Positions 23,500 through 38,400 of a stretch of DNA of 64,000 nt are shown here, piece by piece. Positions within the stretch are counted from its first letter, which is position 1, and each line of letters starts with the position of its first letter. The notes below the pieces were generated by a model. That model saw only the letters and a program-made list of their open reading frames with translations, had not been told where the DNA came from and ran no database searches. The translations under genes and the position numbers were made by a program. Source of the stretch: the human T2T-CHM13v2.0 reference genome, Homo sapiens; NCBI RefSeq assembly GCF_009914755.1, contig NC_060943.1. One strand, given 5' to 3'.

Positions 23500-26400
23500 C
23501 TAGATAGAAGCATTGTCAGGAAGTTCTTTGTGATGTGTGAATTCAACTCACAGAGTTGAACCTTCCTTTAATAGAGCAGTTTTGAAACACTCTTTTTCTA
23601 GAATCTGCAAGTAGATATTTGGAGCGCTTGGAGGACTTCGTTGGAAACCGGAATATCTTCACAGGAAATGTAGATAGAGGCATTCTCAGAAACTTTTTTG
23701 TGATATGTAGATTCAACTCACAGCGTTGAACCTTTCTTTCGATGGAGCAGTTTTGAAAAACTCTTTTATCGAATCTGCAGGTAGACATTTGGGGTGCTTT
23801 GAGGGCTGTGGTGCAAAAGGAAATGTCTTCCCATAGAAACTAGACTGAAGCATTCTCAGCAACTTCTTTGTGACGTTTGCATTCATCTCACAGTGTTGAA
23901 CATACCTTTCCATAGAGTAGTTTTGAAACACTGTTTGTGTAGAATCGGCAAGTGGATATTTGGACTGCTTTGAGGCCTTCATCGGAAACGGGAATATCTT
24001 CACATAAACACTAGAGAGAAGCATTCTCAGAAACTTCTTTGTGATCTGTCCATTCAACTCACAGAGTTGAACCTTCCTTTTTATGGAGCAGTTTTGAATC
24101 ACTGTTTTTGGAGAATCTGCAAGTGGATATTTGGAGCGCTTTGAGGCCTATGGTAGAAAAAGAAATATCTGCCTCTAAAAACCAGACAGAAGCATTCCGA
24201 GAAACTTCTCTGTGATGTTTGCATTCAACTAGCAGAGTTGAACCTTCCTTTTGATAGGGCAGTTTGGAAACACTCTTTTTGTAGAATCTGCATGTGGATA
24301 TCTGGAGCGGTTTGAGGCCTACGGTCAAAAAGGAAATATCTTCCTGGGAAAAATAGACGAAAGCATTCTCAGAAACTGCTTTGTGATATGTGCATTCGAC
24401 TCACCGAGTTGAAACTTTTTTTTGATAGAGCAGTTTTGAAACACTCTGTAGAATCTGAAAGTGGATATTTGGAGCTCTTTGAGGGCTATGGCGGCAAAGA
24501 AACTATATTCACATTAAAGTAGACAGCAGCATTCTCAGAAACTTCTTTAGGATGTTTGCAGTAAACTCACAGAGTTGAACATACCTTTCCGTAGAGCAGT
24601 TTTGAAACACTCTGTTTGTGGGATCCGCAAGGGGATATTTGGACCGCTTTGAGACCTTTGCTGGAAATGGGAATATCTTCACATATAAACTAGACAGAAG
24701 CATTCTCAGAAACTTCTTCGTGATGTGTGCATTCTACTCCCAAATTTGAATCTTCCTTTTCATGAAGCAGTTTTGAAACACTCGGTTTGTGCAATCCACA
24801 ATTGGATAATTGGAACGCTTTGATGCCCATGGTAGAAAAGGAAATATCCTCATATAAAAACTAGACAGAAGGATTCACAGAAAATGCTTTGTGATGTGTG
24901 CATTCAAATCACGGAGTTGAATCTTTCTTTTGTCAGAGCAGTTTTGAAACACTGTTTCTGTGGAATCTGCCAGCGGACACTTGGAGCGCTTTGAGGACTA
25001 TGGTGGAGAAGGAAATATCTTCCCATAAAAACTAGAAAGAAGCATTCTCAGAAACATTTATGTGAAGCGTGCATTCAAATCACAGAGTTGAACCTTCCTT
25101 TTGATAGAAGAGTTTTGAAACACTCTTTTGAACAATTGCAGGTGAATATTTGGAGCGCTTTGAAGCCTTTGTTGGAAATGGGAATATCTTCACACACAAA
25201 CTAGCCTGAAGCATTCTCAGAAACTTCTTTGTGATGTGTGCGTTGAACCCAGAGAGATGAACCTTTCCTTGGATAGAGCAGTTTTGAAACGTGTTTTTGT
25301 AAGATCTGCAAGCGGATAATTGGCTTCGCTTTGTGTCCTTTGGTGGAAACGGGAATATCTTCTAATAAAAACTAGACAGAAATATTCTCAGAATCTCCTT
25401 TGTGATGTGGGCATTCAACTAACACAGTTGAACATTTCTTTTCACAGAGCAGTTTTGAGACACTCTTTTGGTAGAATCTGCCAGTGGATATTTGGAGCGC
25501 TTTGAGGGCTGTTGTGCCAATGGAAATATCTGCCCCTAAAATCTAGACAGAAGCATTCTCAGAAACTACTTCGTGATGTTTGCATTCAACTCACAGAGTT
25601 GAACATACCTCTTCACAGAGCAGTTTTGAAAACCTCTTTTTGTAGAATCTGCAAGTGGATATTCGGAGCACTTTGAGGCCTTCATAGGAAACAGTAATAT
25701 CTTCGCATAAAAACTAGATAGAAGCATTGTCAGGAAGTTCTTTGTGATGTGTGAATTCAACTCACAGAGTTGAACCTTCCTTTAATAGAGCAGTTTTGAA
25801 ACACTCTTTTTCTAGAATCTGCAAGTAGATATTTGGAGCGCTTGGAGGACTTCGTTGGAAACCGGAATATCTTCACAGGAAATGTAGATAGAGGCATTCT
25901 CAGAAACTTTTTTGTGATATGTAGATTCAACTCACAGCGTTGAACCTTTCTTTGGATGGAGCAGTTTTGAAAAACTCTTTTATCGAATCTGCAGGTAGAC
26001 ATTTGGGGTGCTTTGAGGGCTGTGGTGCAAAAGGAAATGTCTTCCCATAGAAACTAGACTGAAGCATTCTCAGCAACTTCTTTGTGACGTTTGCATTCAT
26101 CTCACAGTGTTGAACATACCTTTCCATAGAGTAGTTTTGAAACACTGTTTTTGTAGAATCGGCAAGTGGATATTTGGACTGCTTTGAGGCCTTCATCGGA
26201 AACGGGAATATCTTCACATAAACACTAGAGAGAAGCATTCTCAGAAACTTCTTTGTGATCTGTCCATTCAACTCACAGAGTTGAACCTTCCTTTTTATGG
26301 AGCAGTTTTGAATCACTGTTTTTGGAGAATCTGCAAGTGGATATTTGGAGCGCTTTGAGGCCTATGGTAGAAAAAGAAATATCTGCCTCTAAAAACCAGA

Positions 26401-29400
26401 CAGAAGCATTCCGAGAAACTTCTCTGTGATGTTTGCATTCAACTAGCAGAGTTGAACCTTCCTTTTGATAGGGCAGTTTGGAAACACTCTTTTTGTAGAA
26501 TCTGCATGTGGATATCTGGAGCGGTTTGAGGCCTACGGTCAAAAAGGAAATATCTTCCTGGGAAAAATAGACGAAAGCATTCTCAGAAACTGCTTTGTGA
26601 TATGTGCATTCGACTCACCGAGTTGAAACTTTTTTTTGATAGAGCAGTTTTGAAACACTCTGTAGAATCTGAAAGTGGATATTTGGAGCTCTTTGAGGGC
26701 TATGGCGGCAAAGAAACTATATTCACATTAAAGTAGACAGCAGCATTCTCAGAAACTTCTTTAGGATGTTTGCAGTAAACTCACAGAGTTGAACATACCT
26801 TTCCGTAGAGCAGTTTTGAAACACTCTGTTTGTGGGATCCGCAAGGGGATATTTGGACCGCTTTGAGACCTTTGCTGGAAATGGGAATATCTTCACATAT
26901 AAACTAGACAGAAGCATTCTCAGAAACTTCTTCGTGATGTGTGCATTCTACTCCCAAATTTGAATCTTCCTTTTCATGAAGCAGTTTTGAAACACTCGGT
27001 TTGTGCAATCCACAATTGGATAATTGGAACGCTTTGATGCCCATGGTAGAAAAGGAAATATCCTCATATAAAAACTAGACAGAAGGATTCACAGAAAATG
27101 CTTTGTGATGTGTGCATTCAAATCACGGAGTTGAATCTTTCTTTTGTCAGAGCAGTTTTGAAACACTGTTTCTGTGGAATCTGCCAGCGGACACTTGGAG
27201 CGCTTTGAGGGCTATGGTGGAGAAGGAAATATCTTCCCATAAAAACTAGAAAGAAGCATTCTCAGAAACAGTTATGTGAAGCGTGCATTCAACTCACAGA
27301 GTTGAACCTTCCTTTTGATAGAAGAGTTTTGAAACACTCTTTTGAACAATTGCAGGTGAATCTTTGGAGCGCTTTGAAGCCTTTGTTGGAAATGGGAATA
27401 TCTTCACACACAAACTAGCCAGAAGCATTCTCAGAAACTTCTTTGTGATGTGTGCGTTGAACCCAGAGAGATGAACCTTTCCTTGGATAGAGCAGTTTTG
27501 AAACGTGTTTTTGTAAGATCTGCAAGCGGATAATTGGCTTCGCTTTGTGTCCTTTGGTGGAAACGGGAATATCTTCTAATAAAAACTAGACAGAAATATT
27601 CTCAGAATCTCCTTTGTGATGTGGGCATTCAACTAACACAGTTGAACATTTCTTTTCACAGAGCAGTTTTGAGACACTCTTTTGGTAGAATCTGCCAGTG
27701 GATCTTTGGAGCGCTTTGAGGGCTGTTGTGCCAATGGAAATATCTGCCCCTAAAATCTAGACAGAAGCATTCTCAGAAACTACTTCGTGATGTTTGCATT
27801 CAACTCACAGAGTTGAACATACCTCTTCACAGAGCAGTTTTGAAAACCTCTTTTTGTAGAATCTGCAAGTGGATATTCGGAGCACTTTGAGGCCTTCATA
27901 GGAAACAGTAATATCTTCGCATAAAAACTAGATAGAAGCATTGTCAGGAAGTTCTTTGTGATGTGTGAATTCAACTCACAGAGTTGAACCTTCCTTTAAT
28001 AGAGCAGTTTTGAAACACTCTTTTTCTAGAATCTGCAAGTAGATATTTGGAGCGCTTGGAGGACTTCGTTGGAAACCGGAATATCTTCACAGGAAATGTA
28101 GATAGAGGCATTCTCAGAAACTTTTTTGTGATATGTAGATTCAACTCACAGCGTTGAACCTTTCTTTGGATGGAGCAGTTTTGAAAAACTCTTTTATCGA
28201 ATCTGCAGGTAGACATTTGGGGAGCTTTGAGGGCTGTGGTGCAAAAGGAAATGTCTTCCCATAGAAACTAGACTGAAGCATTCTCAGCAACTTCTTTGTG
28301 ACGTTTGCATTCATCTCACAGTGTTGAACATACCTTTCCATAGAGTAGTTTTGAAACACTGTTTGTGTAGAATCGGCAAGTGGATATTTGGACTGCTTTG
28401 AGGCCTTCATCGGAAACGGGAATATCTTCACATAAACACTAGAGAGAAGCATTCTCAGAAACTTCTTTGTGATCTGTCCATTCAACTCACAGAGTTGAAC
28501 CTTCCTTTTTATGGAGCAGTTTTGAATCACTGTTTTTGGAGAATCTGCAAGTGGATATTTGGAGCGCTTTGAGGCCTATGGTAGAAAAAGAAATATCTGC
28601 CTCTAAAAACCAGACAGAAGCATTCCGAGAAACTTCTCTGTGATGTTTGCATTCAACTAGCAGAGTTGAACCTTCCTTTTGATAGGGCAGTTTGGAAACA
28701 CTCTTTTTGTAGAATCTGCATGTGGATATCTGGAGCGGTTTGAGGCCTACGGTCAAAAAGGAAATATCTTCCTGGGAAAAATAGACGAAAGCATTCTCAG
28801 AAACTGCTTTGTGATATGTGCATTCGACTCACCGAGTTGAAACTTTTTTTTGATAGAGCAGTTTTGAAACACTCTGTAGAATCTGAAAGTGGATATTTGG
28901 AGCTCTTTGAGGGCTATGGCGGCAAAGAAACTATATTCACATTAAAGTAGACAGCAGCATTCTCAGAAACTTCTTTAGGATGTTTGCAGTAAACTCACAG
29001 AGTTGAACATACCTTTCCGTAGAGCAGTTTTGAAACACTCTGTTTGTGGGATCCGCAAGGGGATATTTGGACCGCTTTGAGACCTTTGCTGGAAATGGGA
29101 ATATCTTCACATATAAACTAGACAGAAGCATTCTCAGAAACTTCTTCGTGATGTGTGCATTCTACTCCCGAATTTGAATCTTCCTTTTCATGAAGCAGTT
29201 TTGAAACACTCTGTTTGTGCAATCCACAATTGGATAATTGGAACGCTTTGATGCCCATGGTAGAAAAGGAAATATCCTCATATAAAAACTAGACAGAAGG
29301 ATTCACAGAAAATGCTTTGTGATGTGTGCATTCAAATCACGGAGTTGAATCTTTCTTTTGTCAGAGCAGTTTTGAAACACTGTTTCTGTGGAATCTGCCA

Positions 29401-32400
29401 GCGGACACTTGGAGCGCTTTGAGGGCTATGGTGGAGAAGGAAATATCTTCCCATAAAAACTAGAAAGAAGCATTCTCAGAAACATTTATGTGAAGCGTGC
29501 ATTCAACTCACAGAGTTGAACCTTCCTTTTGATACAACAGTTTTGAAACACTCTTTTGAACAATTGCAGGTGAATCTTTGGAGCGCTTTGAAGCCTTTGT
29601 TGGAAATGGGAATATCTTCACACACAAACTAGCCAGAAGCATTCTCAGAAACTTCTTTGTGATGTGTGCGTTGAACCCAGAGAGATGAACCTTTCCTTGG
29701 ATAGAGCAGTTTTGAAACGTGTTTTTGTAAGATCTGCAAGCGGATAATTGGCTTCGCTTTGTGTCCTTTGGTGGAAACGGGAATATCTTCTAATAAAAAC
29801 TAGACAGAAATATTCTCACAATCTCCTTTGTGATGTGGGCATTCAACTAACACAGTTGAACATTTCTTTTCACAGAGCAGTTTTGAGACACTCTTTTGGT
29901 AGAATCTGCCAGTGGATATTTGGAGCGCTTTGAGGGCTGTTGTGCCAATGGAAATATCTGCCCCTAAAATCTAGACAGAAGCATTCTCAGAAACTACTTC
30001 GTGATGTTTGCATTCAACTCACAGAGTTGAACATACCTCTTCACAGAGCAGTTTTGAAAACCTCTTTTTGTAGAATCTGCAAGTGGATATTCGGAGCACT
30101 TTGAGGCCTTCATAGGAAACAGTAATATCTTCGCATAAAAACTAGATAGAAGCATTGTCAGGAAGTTCTTTGTGATGTGTGAATTCAACTCACAGAGTTG
30201 AACCTTCCTTTAATAGAGCAGTTTTGAAACACTCTTTTTCTAGAATCTGCAAGTAGATATTTGGAGCGCTTGGAGGCCTTCTTTGGAAACCGGAATATCT
30301 TCAAAGGAAATGTAGATAGAGGCATTCTCAGAAACTTTTTTGTGATATGTAGATTCAACTCACAGCGTTGAACCTTTCTTTGGATGGAGCAGTTTTGAAA
30401 AACTCTTTTATCGAATCTGCAGGTAGACATTTGGGGTGCTTTGAGGGCTGTGGTGCAAAAGGAAATGTCTTCCCATAGAAACTAGACTGAAGCATTCTCA
30501 GCAACTTCTTTGTGACGTTTGCATTCATCTCACAGTGTTGAACATACCTTTCCATAGAGTAGTTTTGAAACACTGTTTGTGTAGAATCGGCAAGTGGATA
30601 TTTGGACTGCTTTGAGGCCTTCATCGGAAACGGGAATATCTTCACATAAACACTAGAGAGAAGCATTCTCAGAAACTTCTTTGTGATCTGTCCATTCAAC
30701 TCACAGAGTTGAACCTTCCTTTTTATGGAGCAGTTTTGAATCACTGTTTTTGGAGAATCTGCAAGTGGATATTTGGAGCGCTTTGAGGCCTATGGTAGAA
30801 AAAGAAATATCTGCCTCTAAAAACCAGACAGAAGCATTCCGAGAAACTTCTCTGTGATGTTTGCATTCAACTAGCAGAGTTGAACCTTCCTTTTGATAGG
30901 GCAGTTTGGAAACACTCTTTTTGTAGAATCTGCATGTGGATATCTGGAGCGGTTTGAGGCCTACGGTCAAAAAGGAAATATCTTCCTGGGAAAAATAGAC
31001 GAAAGCATTCTCAGAAACTGCTTTGTGATATGTGCATTCGACTGACCGAGTTGAAACTTTTTTTTGATAGAGCAGTTTTGAAACACTCTGTAGAATCTGA
31101 AAGTGGATATTTGGAGCTCTTTGAGGGCTATGGCGGAAAAGAAACTATATTCACATTAAAGTAGACAGCAGCATTCTCAGAAACTTCTTTAGGATGTTTG
31201 CAGTAAACTCACAGAGTTGAACATACCTTTCCGTAGAGCAGTTTTGAAACACTCTGTTTGTGGGATCCGCAAGGGGATATTTGGACCGCTTTGAGACCTT
31301 TGCTGGAAATGGGAATATCTTCACATATAAACTAGACAGAAGCATTCTCAGAAACTTCTTCGTGATGTGTGCATTCTACTCCCAAATTTGAATCTTCCTT
31401 TTCATGAAGCAGTTTTGAAACACTCTGTTTGTGCAATCCACAATTGGATAATTGGAACGCTTTGATGCCCATGGTAGAAAAGGAAATATCCTCATATAAA
31501 AACTAGACAGAAGGATTCACAGAAAATGCTTTGTGATGTGTGCATTCAAATCACGGAGTTGAATCTTTCTTTTGTCAGAGCAGTTTTGAAACACTGTTTC
31601 TGTGGAATCTGCCAGCGGACACTTGGAGCGCTTTGAGGGCTATGGTGGAGAAGGAAATATCTTCCCATAAAAACTAGAAAGAAGCATTCTCAGAAACATT
31701 TATGTGAAGCGTGCATTCAACTCACAGAGTTGAACCTTCCTTTGGATACAACAGTTTTGAAACACTCTTTTGAACAATTGCAGGTGAATCTTTGGAGCGC
31801 TTTGAAGCCTTTGTTGGAAATGGGAATATCTTCACACACAAACTAGCCAGAAGCATTCTCAGAAACTTCTTTGTGATGTGTGCGTTGAACCCAGAGAGAT
31901 GAACCTTTCCTTGGATAGAGCAGTTTTGAAACGTGTTTTTGTAAGATCTGCAAGCGGATAATTGGCTTCGCTTTGTGTCCTTTGGTGGAAACGGGAATAT
32001 CTTCTAATAAAAACTAGACAGAAATATTCTCAGAATCTCCTTTGTGATGTGGGCATTCAACTAACACAGTTGAACATTTCTTTTCACAGAGCAGTTTTGA
32101 GACACTCTTTTGGTAGAATCTGCCAGTGGATATTTGGAGCGCTTTGAGGGCTGTTGTGCCAATGGAAATATCTGCCCCTAAAATCTAGACAGAAGCATTC
32201 TCAGAAACTACTTCGTGATGTTTGCATTCAACTCACAGAGTTGAACATACCTCTTCACAGAGCAGTTTTGAAAACCTCTTTTTGTAGAATCTGCAAGTGG
32301 ATATTCGGAGCACTTTGAGGCCTTCATAGGAAACAGTAATATCTTCGCATAAAAACTAGATAGAAGCATTGTCAGGAAGTTCTTTGTGATGTGTGAATTC

Positions 32401-35400
32401 AACTCACAGAGTTGAACCTTCCTTTAATAGAGCAGTTTTGAAACACTCTTTTTCTAGAATCTGCAAGTAGATATTTGGAGCGCTTGGAGGACTTCGTTGG
32501 AAACCGGAATATCTTCACAGGAAATGTAGATAGAGGCATTCTCAGAAACTTTTTTGTGATATGTAGATTCAACTCACAGCGTTGAACCTTTTTTTGGATG
32601 GAGCAGTTTTGAAAAACTCTTTTATCGAATCTGCAGGTAGACATTTGGGGTGCTTTGAGGGCTGTGGTGCAAAAGGAAATGTCTTCCCATAGAAACTAGA
32701 CTGAAGCATTCTCAGCAACTTCTTTGTGACGTTTGCATTCATCTCACAGTGTTGAACATACCTTTCCATAGAGTAGTTTTGAAACACTGTTTGTGTAGAA
32801 TCGGCAAGTGGATATTTGGACTGCTTTGAGGCCTTCATCGGAAACGGGAATATCTTCACATAAACACTAGAGAGAAGCATTCTCAGAAACTTCTTTGTGA
32901 TCTGTCCATTCAACTCACAGAGTTGAACCTTCCTTTTTATGGAGCAGTTTTGAATCACTGTTTTTGGAGAATCTGCAAGTGGATATTTGGAGCGCTTTGA
33001 GGCCTATGGTAGAAAAAGAAATATCTGCCTCTAAAAACCAGACAGAAGCATTCCGAGAAACTTCTCTGTGATGTTTGCATTCAACTAGCAGAGTTGTACC
33101 TTCCTTTTGATAGGGCAGTTTGGAAACACTCTTTTTGTAGAATCTGCATGTGGATATCTGGAGCGGTTTGAGGCCTACGGTCAAAAAGGAAATATCTTCC
33201 TGGGAAAAATAGACGAAAGCATTCTCAGAAACTGCTTTGTGATATGTGCATTCGACTCACCGAGTTGAAACTTTTTTTTGATAGAGCAGTTTTGAAACAC
33301 TCTGTAGAATCTGAAAGTGGATATTTGGAGCTCTTTGAGGGCTATGGCGGCAAAGAAACTATATTCACATTAAAGTAGACAGCAGCATTCTCAGAAACTT
33401 CTTTAGGATGTTTGCAGTAAACTCACAGAGTTGAACATACCTTTCCGTAGAGCAGTTTTGAAACACTCTGTTTGTGGGATCCGCAAGGGGATATTTGGAC
33501 CGCTTTGAGACCTTTGCTGGAAATGGGAATATCTTCACATATAAACTAGACAGAAGCATTCTCAGAAACTTCTTCGTGATGTGTGCATTCTACTCCCGAA
33601 TTTGAATCTTCCTTTTTATGAAGCAGTTTTGAAACACTCTGTTTGTGCAATCCACAATTGGATAATTGGAACGCTTTGATGCCCATGGTAGAAAAGGAAA
33701 TATCCTCATATAAAAACTAGACAGAAGGATTCACAGAAAATGCTTTGTGATGTGTGCATTCAAATCACGGAGTTGAATCTTTCTTTTGTCAGAGCAGTTT
33801 TGAAACACTGTTTCTGTGGAATCTGCCAGCGGACACTTGGAGCGCTTTGAGGGCTATGGTGGAGAAGGAAATATCTTCCCATAAAAACTAGAAAGAAGCA
33901 TTCTCAGAAACATTTATGTGAAGCGTGCATTCAACTCACAGAGTTGAACCTTCCTTTGGATACAACAGTTTTGAAACACTCTTTTGAACAATTGCAGGTG
34001 AATCTTTGGAGCGCTTTGAAGCCTTTGTTGGAAATGGGAATATCTTCACACACAAACTAGCCAGAAGCATTCTCAGAAACTTCTTTGTGATGTGTGCGTT
34101 GAACCCAGAGAGATGAACCTTTCCTTGGATAGAGCAGTTTTGAAACGTGTTTTTGTAAGATCTGCAAGCGGATAATTGGCTTCGCTTTGTGTCCTTTGGT
34201 GGAAACGGGAATATCTTCTAATAAAAACTAGACAGAAATATTCTCAGAATCTCCTTTGTGATGTGGGCATTCAACTAACACAGTTGAACATTTCTTTTCA
34301 CAGAGCAGTTTTGAAACACTCTTTTGGTAGAATCTGCCAGTGGATATTTGGAGCGCTTTGAGGGCTGTTGTGCCAATGGAAATATCTGCCCCTAAAATCT
34401 AGACAGAAGCATTCTCAGAAACTACTTCGTGATGTTTGCATTCAACTCACAGAGTTGAACATACCTCTTCACAGAGCAGTTTTGAAAACCTCTTTTTGTA
34501 GAATCTGCAAGTGGATATTCGGAGCACTTTGAGGCCTTCATAGGAAACAGTAATATCTTCGCATAAAAACTAGATAGAAGCATTGTCAGGAAGTTCTTTG
34601 TGATGTGTGAATTCAACTCACAGAGTTGAACCTTCCTTTAATAGAGCAGTTTTGAAACACTCTTTTTCTAGAATCTGCAAGTAGATATTTGGAGCGCTTG
34701 GAGGCCTTCTTTGGAAACCGGAATATCTTCAAAGGAAATGTAGATAGAGGCATTCTCAGAAACTTTTTTGTGATATGTAGATTCAACTCACAGCGTTGAA
34801 CCTTTCTTTGGATGGAGCAGTTTTGAAAAACTCTTTTATCGAATCTGCAGGTAGACATTTGGGGTGCTTTGAGGGCTGTGGTGCAAAAGGAAATGTCTTC
34901 CCATAGAAACTAGACTGAAGCATTCTCAGCAACTTCTTTGTGACGTTTGCATTCATCTCACAGTGTTGAACATACCTTTCCATAGAGTAGTTTTGAAACA
35001 CTGTTTGTGTAGAATCGGCAAGTGGATATTTGGACTGCTTTGAGGCCTTCATCGGAAACGGGAATATCTTCACATAAACACTAGAGAGAAGCATTCTCAG
35101 AAACTTCTTTGTGATCTGTCCATTCAACTCACAGAGTTGAACCTTCCTTTTTATGGAGCAGTTTTGAATCACTGTTTTTGGAGAATCTGCAAGTGGATAT
35201 TTGGAGCGCTTTGAGGCCTATGGTAGAAAAAGAAATATCTGCCTCTAAAAGCCAGACAGAAGCATTCCGAGAAACTTCTCTGTGATGTTTGCATTCAAGT
35301 AGCAGAGTTGAACCTTCCTTTTGATAGGGTAGTTTGGAAACACTCTTTTTGTAGAATCTGCATGTGGATATCTGGAGCGGTTTGAGGCCTACGGTCAAAA

Positions 35401-38400
35401 AGGAAATATCTTCCTGGGAAAAATAGACGAAAGCATTCTCAGAAACTGCTTTGTGATATGTGCATTCGACTGACCGAGTTGAAACTTTTTTTTGATAGAG
35501 CAGTTTTGAAACACTCTGTAGAATCTGAAAGTGGATATTTGGAGCTCTTTGAGGGCTATGGCGGAAAAGAAACTATATTCACATTAAAGTAGACAGCAGC
35601 ATTCTCAGAAACTTCTTTAGGATGTTTGCAGTAAACTCACAGAGTTGAACATACCTTTCCGTAGAGCAGTTTTGAAACACTCTGTTTGTGGGATCCGCAA
35701 GGGGATATTTGGACCGCTTTGAGACCTTTGCTGGAAATGGGAATATCTTCACATATAAACTAGACAGAAGCATTCTCAGAAACTTCTTCGTGATGTGTGC
35801 ATTCTACTCCCGAATTTGAATCTTCCTTTTCATGAAGCAGTTTTGAAACACTCTGTTTGTGCAATCCACAATTGGATAATTGGAACGCTTTGATGCCCAT
35901 GGTAGAAAAGGAAATATCCTCATATAAAAACTAGACAGAAGGATTCACAGAAAATGCTTTGTGATGTGTGCATTCAAATCACGGAGTTGAATCTTTCTTT
36001 TGTCAGAGCAGTTTTGAAACACTGTTTCTGTGGAATCTGCCAGCGGACACTTGGAGCGCTTTGAGGGCTATGGTGGAGAAGGAAATATCTTCCCATAAAA
36101 ACTAGAAAGAAGCATTCTCAGAAACATTTATGTGAAGCGTGCATTCAACTCACAGAGTTGAACCTTCCTTTGGATACAACAGTTTTGAAACACTCTTTTG
36201 AACAATTGCAGGTGAATCTTTGGAGCGCTTTGAAGCCTTTGTTGGAAATGGGAATATCTTCACACACAAACTAGCCAGAAGCATTCTCAGAAACTTCTTT
36301 GTGATGTGTGCGTTGAACCCAGAGAGATGAACCTTTCCTTGGATAGAGCAGTTTTGAAACGTGTTTTTGTAAGATCTGCAAGCGGATAATTGGCTTCGCT
36401 TTGTGTCCTTTGGTGGAAACGGGAATATCTTCTAATAAAAACTAGACAGAAATATTCTCACAATCTCCTTTGTGATGTGGGCATTCAACTAACACAGTTG
36501 AACATTTCTTTTCACAGAGCAGTTTTGAAACACTCTTTTGGTAGAATCTGCCAGTGGATATTTGGAGCGCTTTGAGGGCTGTTGTGCCAATGGAAATATC
36601 TGCCCCTAAAATCTAGACAGAAGCATTCTCAGAAACTACTTCGTGATGTTTGCATTCAACTCACAGAGTTGAACATACCTCTTCACAGAGCAGTTTTGAA
36701 AACCTCTTTTTGTAGAATCTGCAAGTGGATATTCGGAGCACTTTGAGGCCTTCATAGGAAACAGTAATATCTTCGCATAAAAACTAGATAGAAGCATTGT
36801 CAGGAAGTTCTTTGTGATGTGTGAATTCAACTCACAGAGTTGAACCTTCCTTTAATAGAGCAGTTTTGAAACACTCTTTTTCTAGAATCTGCAAGTAGAT
36901 ATTTGGAGCGCTTGGAGGCCTTCTTTGGAAACCGGAATATCTTCAAAGGAAATGTAGATAGAGGCATTCTCAGAAACTTTTTTGTGATATGTAGATTCAA
37001 CTCACAGCGTTGAACCTTTCTTTGGATGGAGCAGTTTTGAAAAACTCTTTTATCGAATCTGCAGGTAGACATTTGGGGTGCTTTGAGGGCTGTGGTGCAA
37101 AAGGAAATGTCTTCCCATAGAAACTAGACTGAAGCATTCTCAGCAACTTCTTTGTGACGTTTGCATTCATCTCACAGTGTTGAACATACCTTTCCATAGA
37201 GTAGTTTTGAAACACTGTTTGTGTAGAATCGGCAAGTGGATATTTGGACTGCTTTGAGGCCTTCATCGGAAACGGGAATATCTTCACATAAACACTAGAG
37301 AGAAGCATTCTCAGAAACTTCTTTGTGATCTGTCCATTCAACTCACAGAGTTGAACCTTCCTTTTTATGGAGCAGTTTTGAATCACTGTTTTTGGAGAAT
37401 CTGCAAGTGGATATTTGGAGCGCTTTGAGGCCTATGGTAGAAAAAGAAATATCTGCCTCTAAAAACCAGACAGAAGCATTCCGAGAAACTTCTCTGTGAT
37501 GTTTGCATTCAACTAGCAGAGTTGAACCTTCCTTTTGATAGGGCAGTTTGGAAACACTCTTTTTGTAGAATCTGCATGTGGATATCTGGAGCGGTTTGAG
37601 GCCTACGGTCAAAAAGGAAATATCTTCCTGGGATAAATAGACGAAAGCATTCTCAGAAACTGCTTTGTGATATGTGCATTCGACTCACCGAGTTGAAACT
37701 TTTTTTTGATAGAGCAGTTTTGAAACACTCTGTAGAATCTGAAAGTGGATATTTGGAGCTCTTTGAGGGCTATGGCGGCAAAGAAACTATATTCACATTA
37801 AAGTAGACAGCAGCATTCTCAGAAACTTCTTTAGGATGTTTGCAGTAAACTCACAGAGTTGAACATACCTTTCCGTAGAGCAGTTTTGAAACACTCTGTT
37901 TGTGGGATCCGCAAGGGGATATTTGGACCGCTTTGAGACCTTTGCTGGAAATGGGAATATCTTCACATATAAACTAGACAGAAGCATTCTCAGAAACTTC
38001 TTCGTGATGTGTGCATTCTACTCCCAAATTTGAATCTTCCTTTTCATGAAGCAGTTTTGAAACACTCTGTTTGTGCAATCCACAATTGGATAATTGGAAC
38101 GCTTTGATGCCCATGGTAGAAAAGGAAATATCCTCATATAAAAACTAGACAGAAGGATTCACAGAAAATGCTTTGTGATGTGTGCATTCAAATCACGGAG
38201 TTGAATCTTTCTTTTGTCAGAGCAGTTTTGAAACACTGTTTCTGTGGAATCTGCCAGCGGACACTTGGAGCGCTTTGAGGGCTATGGTGGAGAAGGAAAT
38301 ATCTTCCCATAAAAACTAGAAAGAAGCATTCTCAGAAACATTTATGTGAAGCGTGCATTCAACTCACAGAGTTGAACCTTCCTTTGGATACAACAGTTTT

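Larger units (their letters stand above)
14060..23500 (+). repeat. Transitional 13-mer HOR copies (2212-2214 bp)
   Basis: These units carry core markers (ttggatggagc, aatcggcaag, cattccgagaaacttctctg, aaatctagac) but still have cattgtcagaaag and more private changes. Unit lengths are 2214, 2212 and 2212. Confidence 0.75.
21325..23538 (+). repeat. Representative canonical 13-mer HOR unit (EcoRI to EcoRI); SF5 R1/R2 type, probably the chr5/chr19 D5Z1/D19Z1-like 13-mer
   Basis: One GAATTC per unit (2100, 4314, 6525, 10606, 14687, 16901, 19113, 21325, 23539 ...) and one GGATCC in most units. Box-position sequences give the order B A B A A A B A A B B A B, which is irregular as in SF5. A 2214-bp SF5 13-mer lacking CENP-B boxes is, from memory, described for chr5 with a close chr19 relative. 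Chromosome assignment is not verified. Confidence 0.8.
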
